From Octopus vulgaris (lineage: Eukaryota), in assembly GCA_951406725.2 (NCBI GenBank), contig OX597833.1, positions 51,150,001 through 51,214,000 of the forward strand: a DNA stretch of 64,000 nucleotides, read 5' to 3'. Both the position numbers and the translations under genes were made by a program. The notes under the pieces were generated by a model, which was given only the letters and a program-made list of their open reading frames with translations, was not told the origin of the DNA and did no database searches. Of this stretch, positions 46,447 to 62,763 are shown one piece after another (position 1 is the first letter of the stretch; each line of letters starts with the position of its first letter).

Positions 46447-46965
46447 ATGTATGTATGTATGTATGTATGTATGTATGTATGTGTGTTCCTATATTCGAAT
46501 GTGTATGCGTGTAGGTGTTGAGGCATTGAAAATATACACACGATTCTGCTCCAGTTTCTATAGATGGATTGATTTATTGAAAATGCATCTAAGTTCAACA
46601 TCAAAGGAAATTCAGTCGCCCTTTTGTAGAAGCCATTTTGCCAGTACTACGAGATTTTGGTCCCCTCCTTTCGACCTTTCTACATACGTCCCTATAGCAG
46701 CCAATCATTGTATCAATCATCAAAAGAAGACAGCTGACCACGCCGATGACCTATGCCTAATTGAGGTCAAGCGGGTTCTGAAGAATTAATTAATGCCAAT
46801 ACTTGCAGCCGGTTCTTGCAATGTCCAGTGGAGTGAAAGTTTTGCTATTGAAGCACCTCGGGGCCTGCCGCTCATATAATTGTCAGTTTATCAATATATA
46901 TATAACTGCTATATTAGTATTGTTGGCGTACATTGTTAAACAACGGGATATATATATGTAAGTTG

Positions 46966-47007
<42 letters not shown>

Positions 47008-47048
47008 CCTACATATATCTGTATATCTATATATATACAGATATATAC

Positions 47049-47081
<33 letters not shown>

Positions 47082-47400
47082 CATATGAATATACAAATTC
47101 ATATATGAATATATGTATATATATATATACTTATATGCATATATATATATACATATATATACAGAGAGAGAGATGCGTCTGTGTGCGCATGTGTTCGTGT
47201 ATGCGTTTGCGTGTGCGTATGCATATGCAAATGTGAAATCTGTACACATACACGTATACATATTTATACACACACTCGCAAACACATACACACAAAAACT
47301 ATATTTATGGTGATATACGTATATATGCCCACATTCCTATATGTTGCGTGTGTCTGAGTATGTGTCTGTGTGCATGTGTGTCTGTGTATATATATGTATG

Positions 47401-47432
<32 letters not shown>

Positions 47433-47567
47433 TTATGTATGTATGTATGTATGTGTGTGTGTGTGTATATTAGCGTGTAAGTCAGCATGTGCTGTTTCAT
47501 GTCACTAGAGTGCGGAAATGTTATCGTGGTATAGTGCGATCGTATAGATTTGCCTGTAGATGGAGAT

Positions 47568-47614
<47 letters not shown>

Positions 47615-47696
47615 ATACACTCACACACACATATGCGTGCATGTGTGTGTGCGTGCCTCAACACACACGCATACACGCACATACATACATACACAT

Positions 47697-47739
<43 letters not shown>

Positions 47740-47949
47740 CACACACGTACATACACAAACACGTATATATACATACATGTATATACATATATATATACAT
47801 ACATGTATATACATATATATATACATACATGTATAAACATATATATACACATAAATATTGCTATATAAATATATATACATATATAGATATTTAGATAGAC
47901 AGATAGATAGATAGACAGACAGTCAGACAGATAGATAAATAGAATGATT

Positions 47950-48015
<66 letters not shown>

Positions 48016-48040
48016 AAGACAGACAGACAGACAGACAGAC

Positions 48041-48112
<72 letters not shown>

Positions 48113-48320
48113 GATAGATAGATAGATAGATAGATAGATAGACAGATAGAAGATAGATAGACAGACAGGTACATAATTACTGTGTACTATGCGTCTGTAT
48201 AACTATATGTTTATATGTATATGACTATGTGTCTCTGAGTATGAGTGTCAAGTTCTTTGTTTCTCTCGTATACTTTATACTTTTATGCACGGATGTATAT
48301 ACTCACAAAAAGTGGGGAAA

Positions 48321-48360
<40 letters not shown>

Positions 48361-48394
48361 CACGAATATATATATGTATATGTAAATATATATA

Positions 48395-48448
<54 letters not shown>

Positions 48449-48795
48449 GATATCTATATCTATATATATGTGTGTGTGTACGTACACATGTATCTATAAC
48501 ATATGTACAAACCCATACATACGCCCACACGTAACCATATAGATTTTGGACATAATTCCCTGGTGCAAACCCATATCTGTTATTGCTTACAATCGATCAC
48601 TTCATATTTACTCTGCTTTTTCACCCCCAGTTTGTATTCTAACTTTTTTGTTTTTATCGGAATACAACAAACATTAGTGGTTAATACCAACAATGCGTGC
48701 GCCTGGGCTCCACTTTGTTTCATGCGCTTTTTTTTTTTAAATATTAGTTGTTCGGGTGAAAGGCATTTATATCTCACTGGTCCGCATCGCTTGTA

Positions 48796-49012
48796 TACTC
48801 TTTACTCTTTACTCTTTTACTTGTTTCAGTCATTTGACTGCGGCCATGCTGGAGCACCGCCTTTAGTCGAGCAAATCGACCCCGGGACTTATTCTTTGTA
48901 AGCCCAGTACTTATTCTATCGGTCTCTTATGCCGAGCCGCTAGGTGACGGGGACGTAAACACACCAGCATCGGTTGTCAAGCAATGCTAGGGGAACGAAC
49001 ACAGACACACAA

Positions 49013-49073
<61 letters not shown>

Positions 49074-49234
49074 TACGACAGGCTTCTTTCAGTTTCCGTC
49101 TACCAAATCCACTCACAAGGCATTGGTCGGCCCGGGGCTATAGCAGAAGACACTTGCCCAAGATGCCACGCAGTGGGACTGAACCCGGAACCATGTGGTT
49201 GGTTAGCAAGTTACTTACCACACAGCCACTCCTG
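48796..49234 (-). mobile_element. SINE A, full length
   Basis: Family match. Confidence 0.93.
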
Positions 49235-49305
49235 AATATATTGAATTAAATTCTATAATACATTCTCCTCTACTAGTTAAGTTGCAACAAAGAAAATTAG
49301 TGCCA

Positions 49306-49617
49306 TTGTTTGTTCCTTCTCGAGCCATGCGTGGCTCATAGGGGCCGGTTTCCCGGTTTCCTTGGCGTATAGGTTCCCCACCTGGACGGGACGCTGGTCT
49401 GTCGCATGTGAGCTGCAAGATGCAGGAGGAAAGAGTGAGAGAAAGTTGTGGCGAAAGAGTCAGCAGAAGTTCGCCATTACCTTCTGCAGGAGCCGCGTAG
49501 AGCTTAGGTGCTTCGCTCATAATACATCGCCTCATAACACCTCGCCCAGTCTGAGATTCGAACCCGCGATCCCTCGACCGCGAGTTCGCTGCTCTAACCA
49601 CTAGGCCATGTACCTCC
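49306..49617 (-). mobile_element. SINE C variant, tail type 4
   Basis: tRNA-like head and C body to ccacaactttctctcactc; tail ggggaacctatacgccaaggaaaccggg..atgagcc is shared with SINE D at 9268-9314. Confidence 0.85.
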
Positions 49618-49955
49618 ATGTCAAAAATATATGGAGGTGATAATGTTAATTATTGTTGTTGTTTAACCTCTTGTTACTAATGATCTGACTGAGGTGATAT
49701 TTGTCATTACGTTATCAAATGTGTGTTATCTTTAAGACCACAGGATGCGAGTGATTGGGAAATTTAGTTGTCTTTTCTATCAGGCTTACAAACCACGTAG
49801 AGGACCTCACATCGTTTGTGTTTCTGGTCCTTCTGAGGATAGAAAGCTTCGAATGACCCCTCCTTGTTTGTTTTCGTATCGTCTATCTGGATGTTTTGTT
49901 GTCCCTTTTTGTATCACCTAGTTGTCCGGATGTTTTGCGTTCTTGTCCCATTTTG

Positions 49956-50041
<86 letters not shown>

Positions 50042-50055
50042 GTTTGTATTATATA

Positions 50056-50365
50056 CGACGAGCTTCTTTCAATTTACGTCTACCAAATCCACTTACAAGT
50101 CTTTGGTCGGCTCGAGGCTTTAGTAGAAGACACTTGCCCAAGGTGCCACTGAGTTTTGGGGATTGGTTTCAAATTTTGTCACAAGGGTAATGATTTTAGA
50201 GGGGAGTTAAGTCGATTACATCGACCCCTGCGTTCAACTTTTACTTATTCTATCGATCCCAAAAGGATGAAAGACAACGTCGATCCCGGTGGAGTTTGAA
50301 CTCGGAATGTCAGATCGAGCGAAATACCGCTAACTATTTTTCCCGGTTTTGTCATCTCGTCACTT
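50056..50365 (-). mobile_element. SINE A fragment (50056-50149) followed by an older SINE B (about 50165-50365)
   Basis: Family matches with higher divergence. Confidence 0.8.
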
Positions 50366-51516
50366 TAAGGAATTTTCTGTATTGAGATCAGTAAGGGTTA
50401 TCGACGTGTCTGCACAACAGAGATGAATTAGGGATTAAAGATGAAAGATTTCTACCTCAAAGAGAAATATATCCTTGTATAATATAACGAAGTTTAGATT
50501 TGAGCAAACTTTACAAATATCAACGAAGAAACTAGCATATGTGTCAGTCTGTATCAGTCGGTGTTTCCAAGCAAGCTCTAAACTTCAAGATCAGTGGGAG
50601 ATCGAATGGTAACCTTCACAGACTTCACAGAAAAAAAGCTATTTTGCAACTTCCATTTTCTCCGAAGTGTTCCCTCCAGCTTCCATTAGCAGTTTTCTAC
50701 ATTGCTGCAGCCTCATAGTTTTTGCTGTTCACTTCTACCTCTCAAAATATAATCAATCTCATTATACGTGGGATCTCGCCTCTCTTGGTTCGTGATGTAC
50801 GAGTATTTTTGCTTACGTTTGTATACGAAGATGTATGGCTTACACAAATGTATCTCAACAATATTCACATAAATTTCTGCATTTCTGCCTTTGAACCACC
50901 CCCTTTTTATTTATTTATTTATCTATTTATTTATTTATTTATTTACTTATAAATTTGTTTATCTGTTTGTTTGTTTGTTTGTTTGTTTGGGGAATAGGGA
51001 ACTGCGAATGACAGGCACCGTTGCAAGGTATACTTAGAACAGACAAAGAAAAACAGGCGAATTTCACTGTAGCAGCGGTAGAAATTCGCGATGGAATCTA
51101 TTAGATAAGAAACAAAAAGATTAAGGAAAACAAATATACAGGCCCCAAGCTGTGCTTTCAATGAAGCAGAACCGCTGTTCTTTCAACCCCACCTCTTTCC
51201 AGTATTTTTTCATCTCTACTTTTTGTTAGAGGTTTCTGTGAGGGAACATTCCACCCGTTACGGCACTAGTTACGTGTAACTTATCTTTCACCTGTCCAAA
51301 CCCAACATATATCAACGTCTACAGAATAATGAATATGAAACAAGCTTAAAAGACAGCGCATGGGTTATAGAGAGGAGAGAAAGAAAAATCGTCGTATTTT
51401 ACTCATATATGATGTTACAGAAATATGGTCCGTAACGTTGTTTCTCTCTTTCACATAATTTTTCACTCAGTCGACGTCTGTCACTCTCACTCACTTTTTA
51501 GCCACTTACTTTCCCC

Positions 51517-51563
<47 letters not shown>

Positions 51564-51578
51564 TACACTCACTTTCTC

Positions 51579-51615
<37 letters not shown>

Positions 51616-51648
51616 TAACTGCTTTATACACAGAAACACGATATGTTT

Positions 51649-51740
<92 letters not shown>

Positions 51741-51869
51741 TACATATATATATATATATACACAAATATATATATATTTATATATATATATAGACAGATA
51801 GATAGATATACATATATATATATATCTAAACAGCATGTCCGCAGCTCGTGAGCTGAAACTACATAAAAT

Positions 51870-51919
<50 letters not shown>

Positions 51920-52347
51920 CATATATATGTGTGTGTAGCTTCACAAATTTTTCTCAATTTGTTTCAATTTAGTTATGCACTAGAATTTAAATGGGGAAAA
52001 AAAATTACCAGAACATATTTCATATCAGAAAGTTTTTAAAAAAATAAAAACACAAAGGCCTTTAAAATTGAAAATTTAGATTAAAATAATGTATAGAATA
52101 GTTTTTTTACCCTATTTTATTAATCACATTTACACTCAACACAACAGATAACAGCACATTTTTTTGTACATCAATATGGATTTTCCAAAACCTTGAATAA
52201 TATGTTTTTTTTTTAATCCGTGGCATACTATTCGAAAATCATGGGTCTTCACATACACACGTGGATGCACCATGCGTACACCTGCATATTTATCATTACA
52301 GAGGCTTATATATATTTTTATCGTATTAAGCATACACAAATATGCAT

Positions 52348-52415
<68 letters not shown>

Positions 52416-52534
52416 GCTATATCAGCTTTGTTGATGTTTTTTTCCAAATTAGCTCCGATCAAATCTAGTTGATCGTACAACCGAATCACCATCGTCGAAC
52501 GACGAAGATCCACCACAATATGTATTAATTTACC

Positions 52535-53520
52535 AAGGGCGGTCGTTTGGCAACATTGCAAGAGAATCTTGCCAAAATGCCTTGCGATAGTTATTCTGGC
52601 TTTTACCATTGTGAGTGCAAAATCCATCGAGGTCAACTTTGCCTTTTCTTATTTCGGTGTCGATACAATAACGTTCCGGTTGGGCGCAGGGGGTCTATAG
52701 GATCAACTTACACCCTCCCCTAAAATTGATAGCCTTGGGTCAAAATTACTAAGATATTTATTCCGGCTCTTTAAATTCTGAGTTCAAATCACGTTGAGGA
52801 CAATTTTACCATTCCGCATTTCGGCGTCGATACAATGAAACCGCAGTTGAGCTCTGGGGTCTATATAATCGACTTGTAGCCTCCCCTAAAACTGATAGCC
52901 TTGTGCTAAAATCATAAAGACAATTATTCCGGCTTTTTACATTCTAAGTTCGAATCCCGTTGAGGTCAAATTTTCCGTTCGACACTTCGAGGTCGATACT
53001 ATACTAAAGTACCAGAAAACAATGAGATGTTTAAATGACTAACCAAATTTCAGATGTCATGAATATGTTCGAAAATATGAATATCGGTTGTGAATGGCAG
53101 AATTGCTAGTGTCAGGTAAAAGTTAATATAATATCTGATCATGCCTTTTTTGTGTTGCTAACAACACGAGGTCAGCTTTGCCATTCATCCTTACGAATTT
53201 GAAAAATAAAGGTCCAGTCCATAAATGGTTAATCAATTAAATCGACTAACTCCTTTCACAAACATTCTTGGACCTGTACCTATGTAAAAAAACAAAAAAA
53301 CGCCATATGCATTATATCAGAAGATGTCAGATCTATGAATTCGATAGAACGATGGTAAAAATTCCCTGCAGTAACACGTTGAGCTTTTAAGTTTTGAGTC
53401 CAAAAATTGCCAAGGTCAACTTTGTCTTTCGAAATTCTGTGGTCGCAAGTACAAGTTAACAGTTAGGTATTCGAGTCGATATAATAAACTAATCGTAATT
53501 AGTTGTCTTGTGCTCATTAA
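52535..53520 (+). mobile_element. Array of about five ancient head-to-tail SINE B copies
   Basis: gaggtcaactttgcc-like core near 52629, 52796, 52962, 53168 and 53412; the first three are at about 167 bp period. Confidence 0.75.
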
Positions 53521-53609
53521 GAAAATTTATATGTATCTGTGAGTATTTTTTAATCAGCATCCTGTGAATATAATAATATATATCAAAGCAATTTCTCCTG
53601 AGTTTTAAG

Positions 53610-53725
<116 letters not shown>

Positions 53726-53740
53726 CTTTCTATCTATCTT

Positions 53741-53793
<53 letters not shown>

Positions 53794-54519
53794 ATATCTA
53801 TCCATCGATATTTACCTTCCTTAGATTTATTTATATACTGTTTCATTTACAAACAAACTCTTATGCAACTAACACGCACTGAAAATGCATTAACATACTA
53901 TGAAATTGCAACATTAACCAATTTCCTAGCCATGATTAGCTAACTGCGAAACATATACATAAACACATAATACATACATACGTACATACACACATACACA
54001 CACACATACATGCATACATACACATACGTACATACATACATACATACATACATACATACATACATACATACATACATACATACATACATACATACATACA
54101 TACATACATAGCTGCCCTGAAGATATAAATAGCTCTTTGAAAATCAACGAAAAAGAGTATATCTATGGACAACTGCTTCGAAACCTCTAGCTTCTATATC
54201 CAGACTATAAATTCATAAACTGGATAAACTGGGATTTTCAGTAAGAGAAATTGACTGGCTGATTCGTACAAGACCAATCTTTGAGTGGAATAGTAAAAAT
54301 ATGAAAGACTTTTCTTAAGTTCCAAATGTGAATTTGTCTGTGTTAACTACGTCACAAAGATGGAGCCATGTAACTTTGTTCGAAACTGGTTCTCTCCTCA
54401 GTGGAAGATTTATAATAATTAAAAAATAGAAGATTCATACAAATATTCTATCTTATGCAATATTTTAGAAACATGTATAAGTTCTGTGCATTTTCCTTCC
54501 TTCGTTTTATATATATATA

Positions 54520-54578
<59 letters not shown>

Positions 54579-54579
54579 G

Positions 54580-54743
54580 AAATGAAATGTAACACCTGCT
54601 TTTGTCTCTAATTATGCAATTTTCTCGTAATTCTCTTAAAGTTTTGTGATATATATATATATATATATATATATCATAAAACTTGAAGAGAATTACGAGA
54701 AAATTGCATAGTTAGAGACAAAAGCAGGTGTTACATTACATTT
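54580..54743. repeat. 164 bp near-perfect palindrome centred on (AT)n
   Basis: Arms 54580-54648 and 54675-54743; third partial copy at about 54809-54837. Confidence 0.9.
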
Positions 54744-55011
54744 ACATGTATTAAATCTTTCTAACTTGCATTATCTTACTAATGTAATCTAGATCTAATA
54801 GAGTTAATTGAAATGTTACACCTGTTTTTGTCTAATTTTTCTTAAAACACAACATTAAATCTCTTAATATTTTTTGTACATGTTCACCTACTGTTTGTTA
54901 ATACAACCATTTATATATATATATATATATATATACAGAGAGATAGAGATGTAAGTATATATATATGTATGTATCTATGCATATATTTATATATGTATGT
55001 GTGTATATAAT

Positions 55012-55070
<59 letters not shown>

Positions 55071-55205
55071 ATGAACAAACTCAAGTAAATGAATATAGCC
55101 CGTTTTCGCTCTCTATATGTTTCTCTCTTTCTCTCACTCTGTCGCTCTCGATATATATATATATATATACATACACACACACACACGAATTTTTATATAC
55201 ATACA

Positions 55206-55260
<55 letters not shown>

Positions 55261-55595
55261 GTACATATATACTTATACACATATATCATATATTACCTTC
55301 GACTTGCACTAGTATTCTAATGAGCTCATTAATTATAATTTTATTCATTGTGGACATCGGCTGCAGTTATTTAGGCAGCATTCTCAATGCCATCCTCTTT
55401 ATATTAAGTAAGATCTTACTACAAACGCCAACTGCATAAAGTTTCATTATACGTAACAACATATTTATATTGAGTAGATGTATAAAGTAAAATATATACA
55501 CCTAAATAAACTACTTATACAAAGTTTGGATCGAAAAGTACTTATTTGTGTAACGTTAGTACTTATACAAAATATATATTTATGTAAGATAAGTA

Positions 55596-56025
55596 TCTAC
55601 TACATATTTGGGAAGTTCTGTCAGTGGGTGTGTTTGTTAGCTGACTCTTCCTACATCGTTTTATCGATTTTGATGAAAATTGACACGTGAGTAGAACTCA
55701 TGTCTGAAAACCTCATTATAGATAATAAGGCTCCTGGAAGGGATCTTTATATATATCTAATATATTTTATTTTAAAAAACGAGGGAAATAACCCATTCAT
55801 TTTCCTAAAGTAATTGGTAAAAATGAAATTGAATTTGCTTATTTCTTAGTATTTGAACTGTAATTTTTGCAATTTATCCAGTACAACCCTTACACAAGTA
55901 CATAGTATTTTCCTAAATAAGTGCTGCATACTTTGCATTGTTGTTATTGTATTAGCAAAACATTTATGAGAACGGAACCAAGGGATAAGCCCCGCTTTAC
56001 TGGGAATTGCCGGGTACGTCAACTA

Positions 56026-56026
<1 letters not shown>
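55596..56026 (+). mobile_element. Probable non-autonomous Helitron
   Basis: A|TC 5' end, CTAG|T 3' end preceded by a degenerate GC hairpin (tactgggaattgccgggta), and internal atcgattttgatgaaaattgacac typical of Helitron-N elements; no TSD. Confidence 0.6.
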
Positions 56027-56064
<38 letters not shown>

Positions 56065-56496
56065 TGATGTATAACTTCATATAAAGAGTCTACTTAAGTG
56101 TATAGTTTTGTAATGTATGTATTTAGGCTAAATTTCTATGAAAGTAATTTCTCTAAGTATATGAACACAAAATATGCATTTATGCGGAAATATGGTTTCA
56201 AATAAATTATATCTATTTAGGAAAACTCCATACGTATGTAAAATTTGTCTGCTGATTATTTATTTATGCAGAAAATTATTTATGCAAAATATATATATAT
56301 ATGTACTATGCATAATTATATAAAGTATGTATTTATATAAAATATATATTTGTTTAAGGTATATATCTATATAAAGTAAGTATTTATGCAGTTTATATTT
56401 CTGAAAACCATGTTAATAAGAAAATTCTATGTAAACTGTGGATTCTTTTATTCTTTTGCGTATCTATATGAAATATTAAAGGTTTGTGAAATATAT

Positions 56497-56653
<157 letters not shown>

Positions 56654-56969
56654 ATAATTATATAATGGATATAGTTTTATGTATAAGAACTTGTTCAACT
56701 ATATATCAATGTAAGCAAGTGTGTGTGTAGACTGCGTAAATTATTCTAACGTGTTTATTTATGTAAGACAGATATTCAAAGATGCTATGTATCTTATCTG
56801 TGAAGTATATACTCATGCAGTGTAGATTATGTAAGATGTATACACACATACACACATATAAATATACATAGGTATATGCATGTGTGTATACATATATGCA
56901 TATATATACACATATATGTATATACCTGCATACATATACAAATATATATATATACATATATATATATAC

Positions 56970-57022
<53 letters not shown>

Positions 57023-57089
57023 TACATATAAAACATGTTTTATGTTAAGTATATACGTATGTAAATATATTCAAAAAATCACAAGCACG

Positions 57090-57388
57090 AAAGGATTAAA
57101 GACAAAGTTGACCGCGGTGGAATTTGAACCCAGAACACGAAAACAGACGAAATACCTATTTCTTTACTATCCACAAGGGGTCAAACACAGAGAGGACAAA
57201 CAAGGACAGACAAATGGATTAAGTCGATTATATCGACCCCAGTGCGTAACTGGTACTTATTTAATCGACCCCGATATGATGAAAGGCAAACTCGACCTCG
57301 GCGGAATTTGAACTCAGAACGTAACGGCAGACGAAAAACTGCTAAGCATTTCGCTCGGCGTGCTAACGTTTCTGCCAACTCGCCGCCT
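57090..57388 (-). mobile_element. SINE B full copy joined to an older partial unit
   Basis: Junction gacgaaatac|ctatttc at 57150-57155. Confidence 0.9.
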
Positions 57389-57996
57389 TAAGGGATTAAG
57401 TAAATTGATCCATAAATGATATTGAATGGATTAATCTGTTTGGATATTTCTATTCCTTCTTCTCGATTATTGAAGTTTTCTCGAAATTATGTGTAAGTGT
57501 GAATATGTGTGCGCGTGTGAAATATGCTTGCGTATATGAATATACGTGCGCGTGTGTATGTATAAGGACAAGTGTGTGTGTGGGGGGGACTATGTGAGTG
57601 TGAGTCTGAGTCTGAGTGTGTGTGGGTGTGTATGCGTTCGTATGCATATTATAACCTTAACTGTGTAATTTTGCTAGAGGAATATGTATGTATATATGCG
57701 TGTGTGTATGTATATATGTCTTTATGTATGTGTCTAAGCATTTTAATTTTAAATATATAGTTAGACATGTAACTGCTTGTATGTGTGTACATGTATAACT
57801 GTAAGTATACATGTAAGTAAATACATCTATGTATGTGTATATGTGTTTGTATATACACGCGTGTGTGTATATATATATATATAGAGAGAGAGAGATAGAT
57901 AGATAGATAGATAGATATATGTATGTATGTATATATGTATATATAGAAAGATATTTATATATATATATCTCTGTGTGTATGTGTGCGTGTTTGTAT

Positions 57997-58033
<37 letters not shown>

Positions 58034-58443
58034 TGTGAGCGTCCATGTTTATCTTTCTGCGCTACAACCGAAGCTCCAATTTTATCGTCATGTCGGTATT
58101 AAAGCTGACAAGCCAAATTGTTAAACCGGTGTCAGTCAAAAATGACCCAAAGTCCAGCTTATCATATCCATCCTGTTCACACGGATTTTATCCTTTATTT
58201 TGTGTTTTTTTATTCTGCTGTACATATAATTATTTGGGAAATAAAAGATATTTTGGATTGAAAACTATTTTGCGTTGAGTTTTTTTCTTATTATCAGACT
58301 GTTTTTTTTTATAAGTATCTTAATAATAACCTTAACTGATTTTCAAAAAAAAAAATTTTTTTTTAATTGACTTTAGTCACCATTATGCCATTGACAATAT
58401 ATATCGAAGTTCATACTAGCTGTTAGCATTAAAGTTTTATATA

Positions 58444-58859
58444 TATTTCTTTACTACCCACAAGGGGCTAAACACAGAGGGGACAAACAAGGAGAGACAA
58501 AGGGATTAAGTCGATTATATCGACTCCAGTTCGTAACTGGTACTTAATTTATCGACCCCGAAAGGATGAAAGGCAAAGTCGACCTCGGCGGAATTTGAAC
58601 TCAGAACGTAGCGGCAGACGAAATACCTATTTCTTTACTACCCACAAGGGGCTAAACGCAGAGGGGACAAACAAGGACAGACAAAGGAATTAAGTTGATT
58701 ACATCGACCCCAGTTCGTTACTGGTACTTAATTTATCGACCCCGAAAGGATGAAAGGCAAAGTCGACCTCGGCGGAATTTGAACCCAGAACGTAACGGCA
58801 GACGAAATACGGCAACGTATTTTGCCCGGCGTGCTAACGCTTCTGCCAGCTCGCCGCCC
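58444..58859 (-). mobile_element. SINE B dimer within one TSD pair
   Basis: tagcattaaag(t/c)tttatata at 58424-58443 and 58860-58879; internal junction at 58621. Confidence 0.93.
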
Positions 58860-60104
58860 TAGCATTAAAGCTTTATATACTTAACAGAAACATCCCATAA
58901 TCTGTGCAACACTAACAGCAGAATCGAACGTGAATTGTATAATTAAAGAAGTATAGTAGTTTCAGAGAACAATATTGAAGTGTTAAATTCCAGTTGTGTT
59001 TAATTTGTCCACGTCTATAGGAAATTGTGTACCCTGAGCTAAAAAGGACAATCTCTACGGGATAATTCAATCTGCTAGAATTAGCCACTGAGGTTAGCTC
59101 AAATTAACTCTGATGCTCTAAACGTGAGAATAATGAGATGTGATTACAGTATGTACGCCGGACAAGCCGAAAACTCGTAGGAAATATCTTATATATACTT
59201 AGGCAAGTAAGTATAACATGGATTCAAAATATATTCTTATTGGTGAATTGAACCCGTGATCTCGTTTCCATTCATGCCAGATAGCCATAGCATTCACTTA
59301 TACTGCCAAAATCAGATGGGAAGGTCAAAGAAGTCACACCAGATTTCGTTTTCCTCTAATAATAATATAGGGGCTTTTCGCTTTGTCATAACAAAGCAAT
59401 TATATAAACTTAACGATAGTTATAGTGGTAAGCTTCCCATCTTATGATACCTAGTGGAAGTTAGGTGAACAGGGCGAATAAGCGATTAAGGTCTTGGTAA
59501 TAAACGCAGTTTATTACAAGGTGGGAGTGGTGGTGACTAAAGTGGTCGACCTTTCAGGCGGCAGCCCGGCAGTCTGAAGATCTGCTGCCATTTGTGGCTG
59601 TCACTAAATCTGGAGCGGGAAATGGTATTATAAAAGCAAAAATGTTCAAAACTAAATTACAAAGACATAGTCATATGGTTAAAACGTCCTCTCTTTTTAA
59701 CCACATGGTTCCGGGTTCGATCCCACTGCGTAGCCACTTTTGACTCGAGTCGATAAAAGCTGAAATCTGTGCTTCTCTCTCCCCCTCTGTCTCTCCCTCT
59801 CCCCTTCCATCTCTCTCTTTCCGTTTCTATCTATTTCTATCTCTCCCTGCACACACATGCCCATACACATACATAATATATACACACACACATATATATG
59901 AATGTGTTTATTGATAAGCATAACAAATGCGCAACCGGTAAAAAGAACTTTCACCTAATTAAATTACTTAAATTACTTCAATTATTTGTCAGCATTTTCT
60001 TCATTTCCTTTTTTATATATCACCACTCGTGTTCGACATCTCCTTTTTTTAAATATATATATATATATATATATGCACACACACATACACACGTGTGGGC
60101 ATTC

Positions 60105-60246
60105 TTGCTTGTGCTTATGTCGTCCCCGTAACTTAGCGGTTCGGCAAAAAGAAACCGATAGAATAAGTACTAGGCTTACAAAGAATAAGTCCTGGGGGGC
60201 GATTTGCTCGACTCCAGCAAACAAGTAAATAAAGTAAAAGAGAGTA
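60105..60246 (+). mobile_element. SINE A 3' half; head remnant at about 59698-59735
   Basis: Family match. Confidence 0.8.
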
Positions 60247-60521
60247 TAGAACAATGCTGGAATTTCTGATAGCACGGTCTTTTGCAGTTTATCTCATCTG
60301 TACCATATTTTTAATCCTCTGTTTCTGCAACCATATATACGTCCCTTAAGCAGGAACCGTTTTGCCAACGACCAGAACACTCTCGCAGAACGGGTACGCA
60401 AGATTACCTATTTTCTCCCATTTATCCAAGCTCGCCATCGAGGATAGGGTATCATATACAAATCTATGCATCAAACTAAACCAAAGACGGTCATGTGACA
60501 CATGTTATACAAGCTGAGATG

Positions 60522-60904
60522 TGGAGGCGCAATGGCCCAGTGGTTAGGGCAGCGGACTCGCGGTCGTAGGATCGCGGTTTCGATTCCCAGACCGGGCGTT
60601 GTGAGTTTTTATTGAGCGAAAACACCTAAAGCTCCATGAGGCTCCGGCAGGAATGGTGGTGATCCCTGCTGTACTCTTTCACCACAACTTTCTCTCACTC
60701 TTACTTCCTGTTTCTGTTGTACCTGTATTTCAAGGGGCCGGCCTTGTCACTCTCTGTGTCACGCTGAATATCCTCGAGAACTGCGTTAAGGGTACACGTG
60801 TCTGTGGAGTGCTCAGCCACTTACACGTTAATTTCAAGGAGCAGGATGTTCCGTTGATTGGATCAACCGGAACCCTCGTCGTCGTAATCGACGGAGTGCT
60901 TCCA
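60522..60904 (+). mobile_element. SINE C, tail type 1, 13 bp TSD
   Basis: acaagctgagatg at 60509-60521 and 60905-60917. Confidence 0.94.
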
Positions 60905-61107
60905 ACAAGCTGAGATGCATTCAGAGGACACTTTCTCTCACGTTATCCATTGTACTTCTTGTGCCAAATTTACTATCTGAAATGATTTGCTATTTTCTTC
61001 CTCTTACAGTTCTTGTATCATCATTATCACTTCACTATATTAAATCCTTATTTCATGGAACGGCTTGCACAACCTGTATTTCTTAAACATCCGAGAGCGT
61101 GTACATC

Positions 61108-61139
<32 letters not shown>

Positions 61140-61324
61140 AAGTCACGTTCGATCACAACACCGTTCACAGTTAAGCCTCGTGCAATGGCCATACTCGATA
61201 ACGAGGGGGCAGCCATCACCATCATGTATATATGTACGTATGCATTTACGCAAGAATGGGTATATATATATACAGACACACACACATTCATGCATAAATA
61301 TAAATACACACGCACACAGACATA

Positions 61325-61375
<51 letters not shown>

Positions 61376-61455
61376 TATATAATATATAAAAATATATAAT
61401 AATAATAACAATAATAAAAACGTATATAATAGGTAGGATAACATAATGCATAATT

Positions 61456-61544
<89 letters not shown>

Positions 61545-61917
61545 ACATATATAAATATGACTGTGCTTGTATGCATGAATGTATGTACATAAATATACAT
61601 ATCAATATATTTATATATGCATATTCTTTCGTATATGTATATATATATATATATATACACGCACATATAGCCGTGTGTGTCTCACAATATATAATATATA
61701 TACATATATGTGCATAAATATATATAAACACATACATATACATATATACATATATACATATACATGCATGTGGGTATATATGTGTAGATGTTTTGCTAAA
61801 TGTAAATATGTGTGTGTGTATTATGAACAAGGCGGATAAAAAAACTAATATACATACACTGTAAAGAAGAGAGGATATCTTAGTCAGAGGAAACTCAACT
61901 GATAAGATATATATGGG

Positions 61918-62150
<233 letters not shown>

Positions 62151-62640
62151 TATATATATGTTTATGTATTCGTACATGTATATATGTTTTTATCTATACA
62201 TGGATGTACACATATATGCTTGTATATATGCATGTAAGTATGTCCGCATTTACGTTTGCATATTTGTACACAATATCTTTACAGAATGCAATTTCCTTTC
62301 GATTATTATGAAACCTCTTCAGAGAATGCGAAAGAGTTTTTCTGATGCAGTATTTGAATGTTGGAGCCTACGTTATCAATAAATCCATAGTAAAGGAAGA
62401 TACCATGGAAAATATCAACAGCTGGGAGTTTAGGGAATAATAACTATACAATTTTATACAACGGGAGAAGGGTATAATTCTCCCCAAAATATTTAAACAT
62501 GATGTGCGATTAGTTAGATACGGCGATTAGTTATAAATGTAAGTTATAAGGAACATTTGACACAAAAAGGATCCAGTATTAAGAGGTCAGTGAGCTTAGA
62601 GTAGCCTGTAGAAGTTATAAAGAAACACCTATCAGGAACG

Positions 62641-62751
<111 letters not shown>

Positions 62752-62763
62752 TATTGGCGTGGG

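Noticed and set aside
46656-46678. TTTGGTCCCCT resembling the start of miR-133 (also a miR-9-like TTTGGTTATCT near 8817)
   Set aside because: Only 11 nt match; the remainder diverges and no precursor hairpin is evident.
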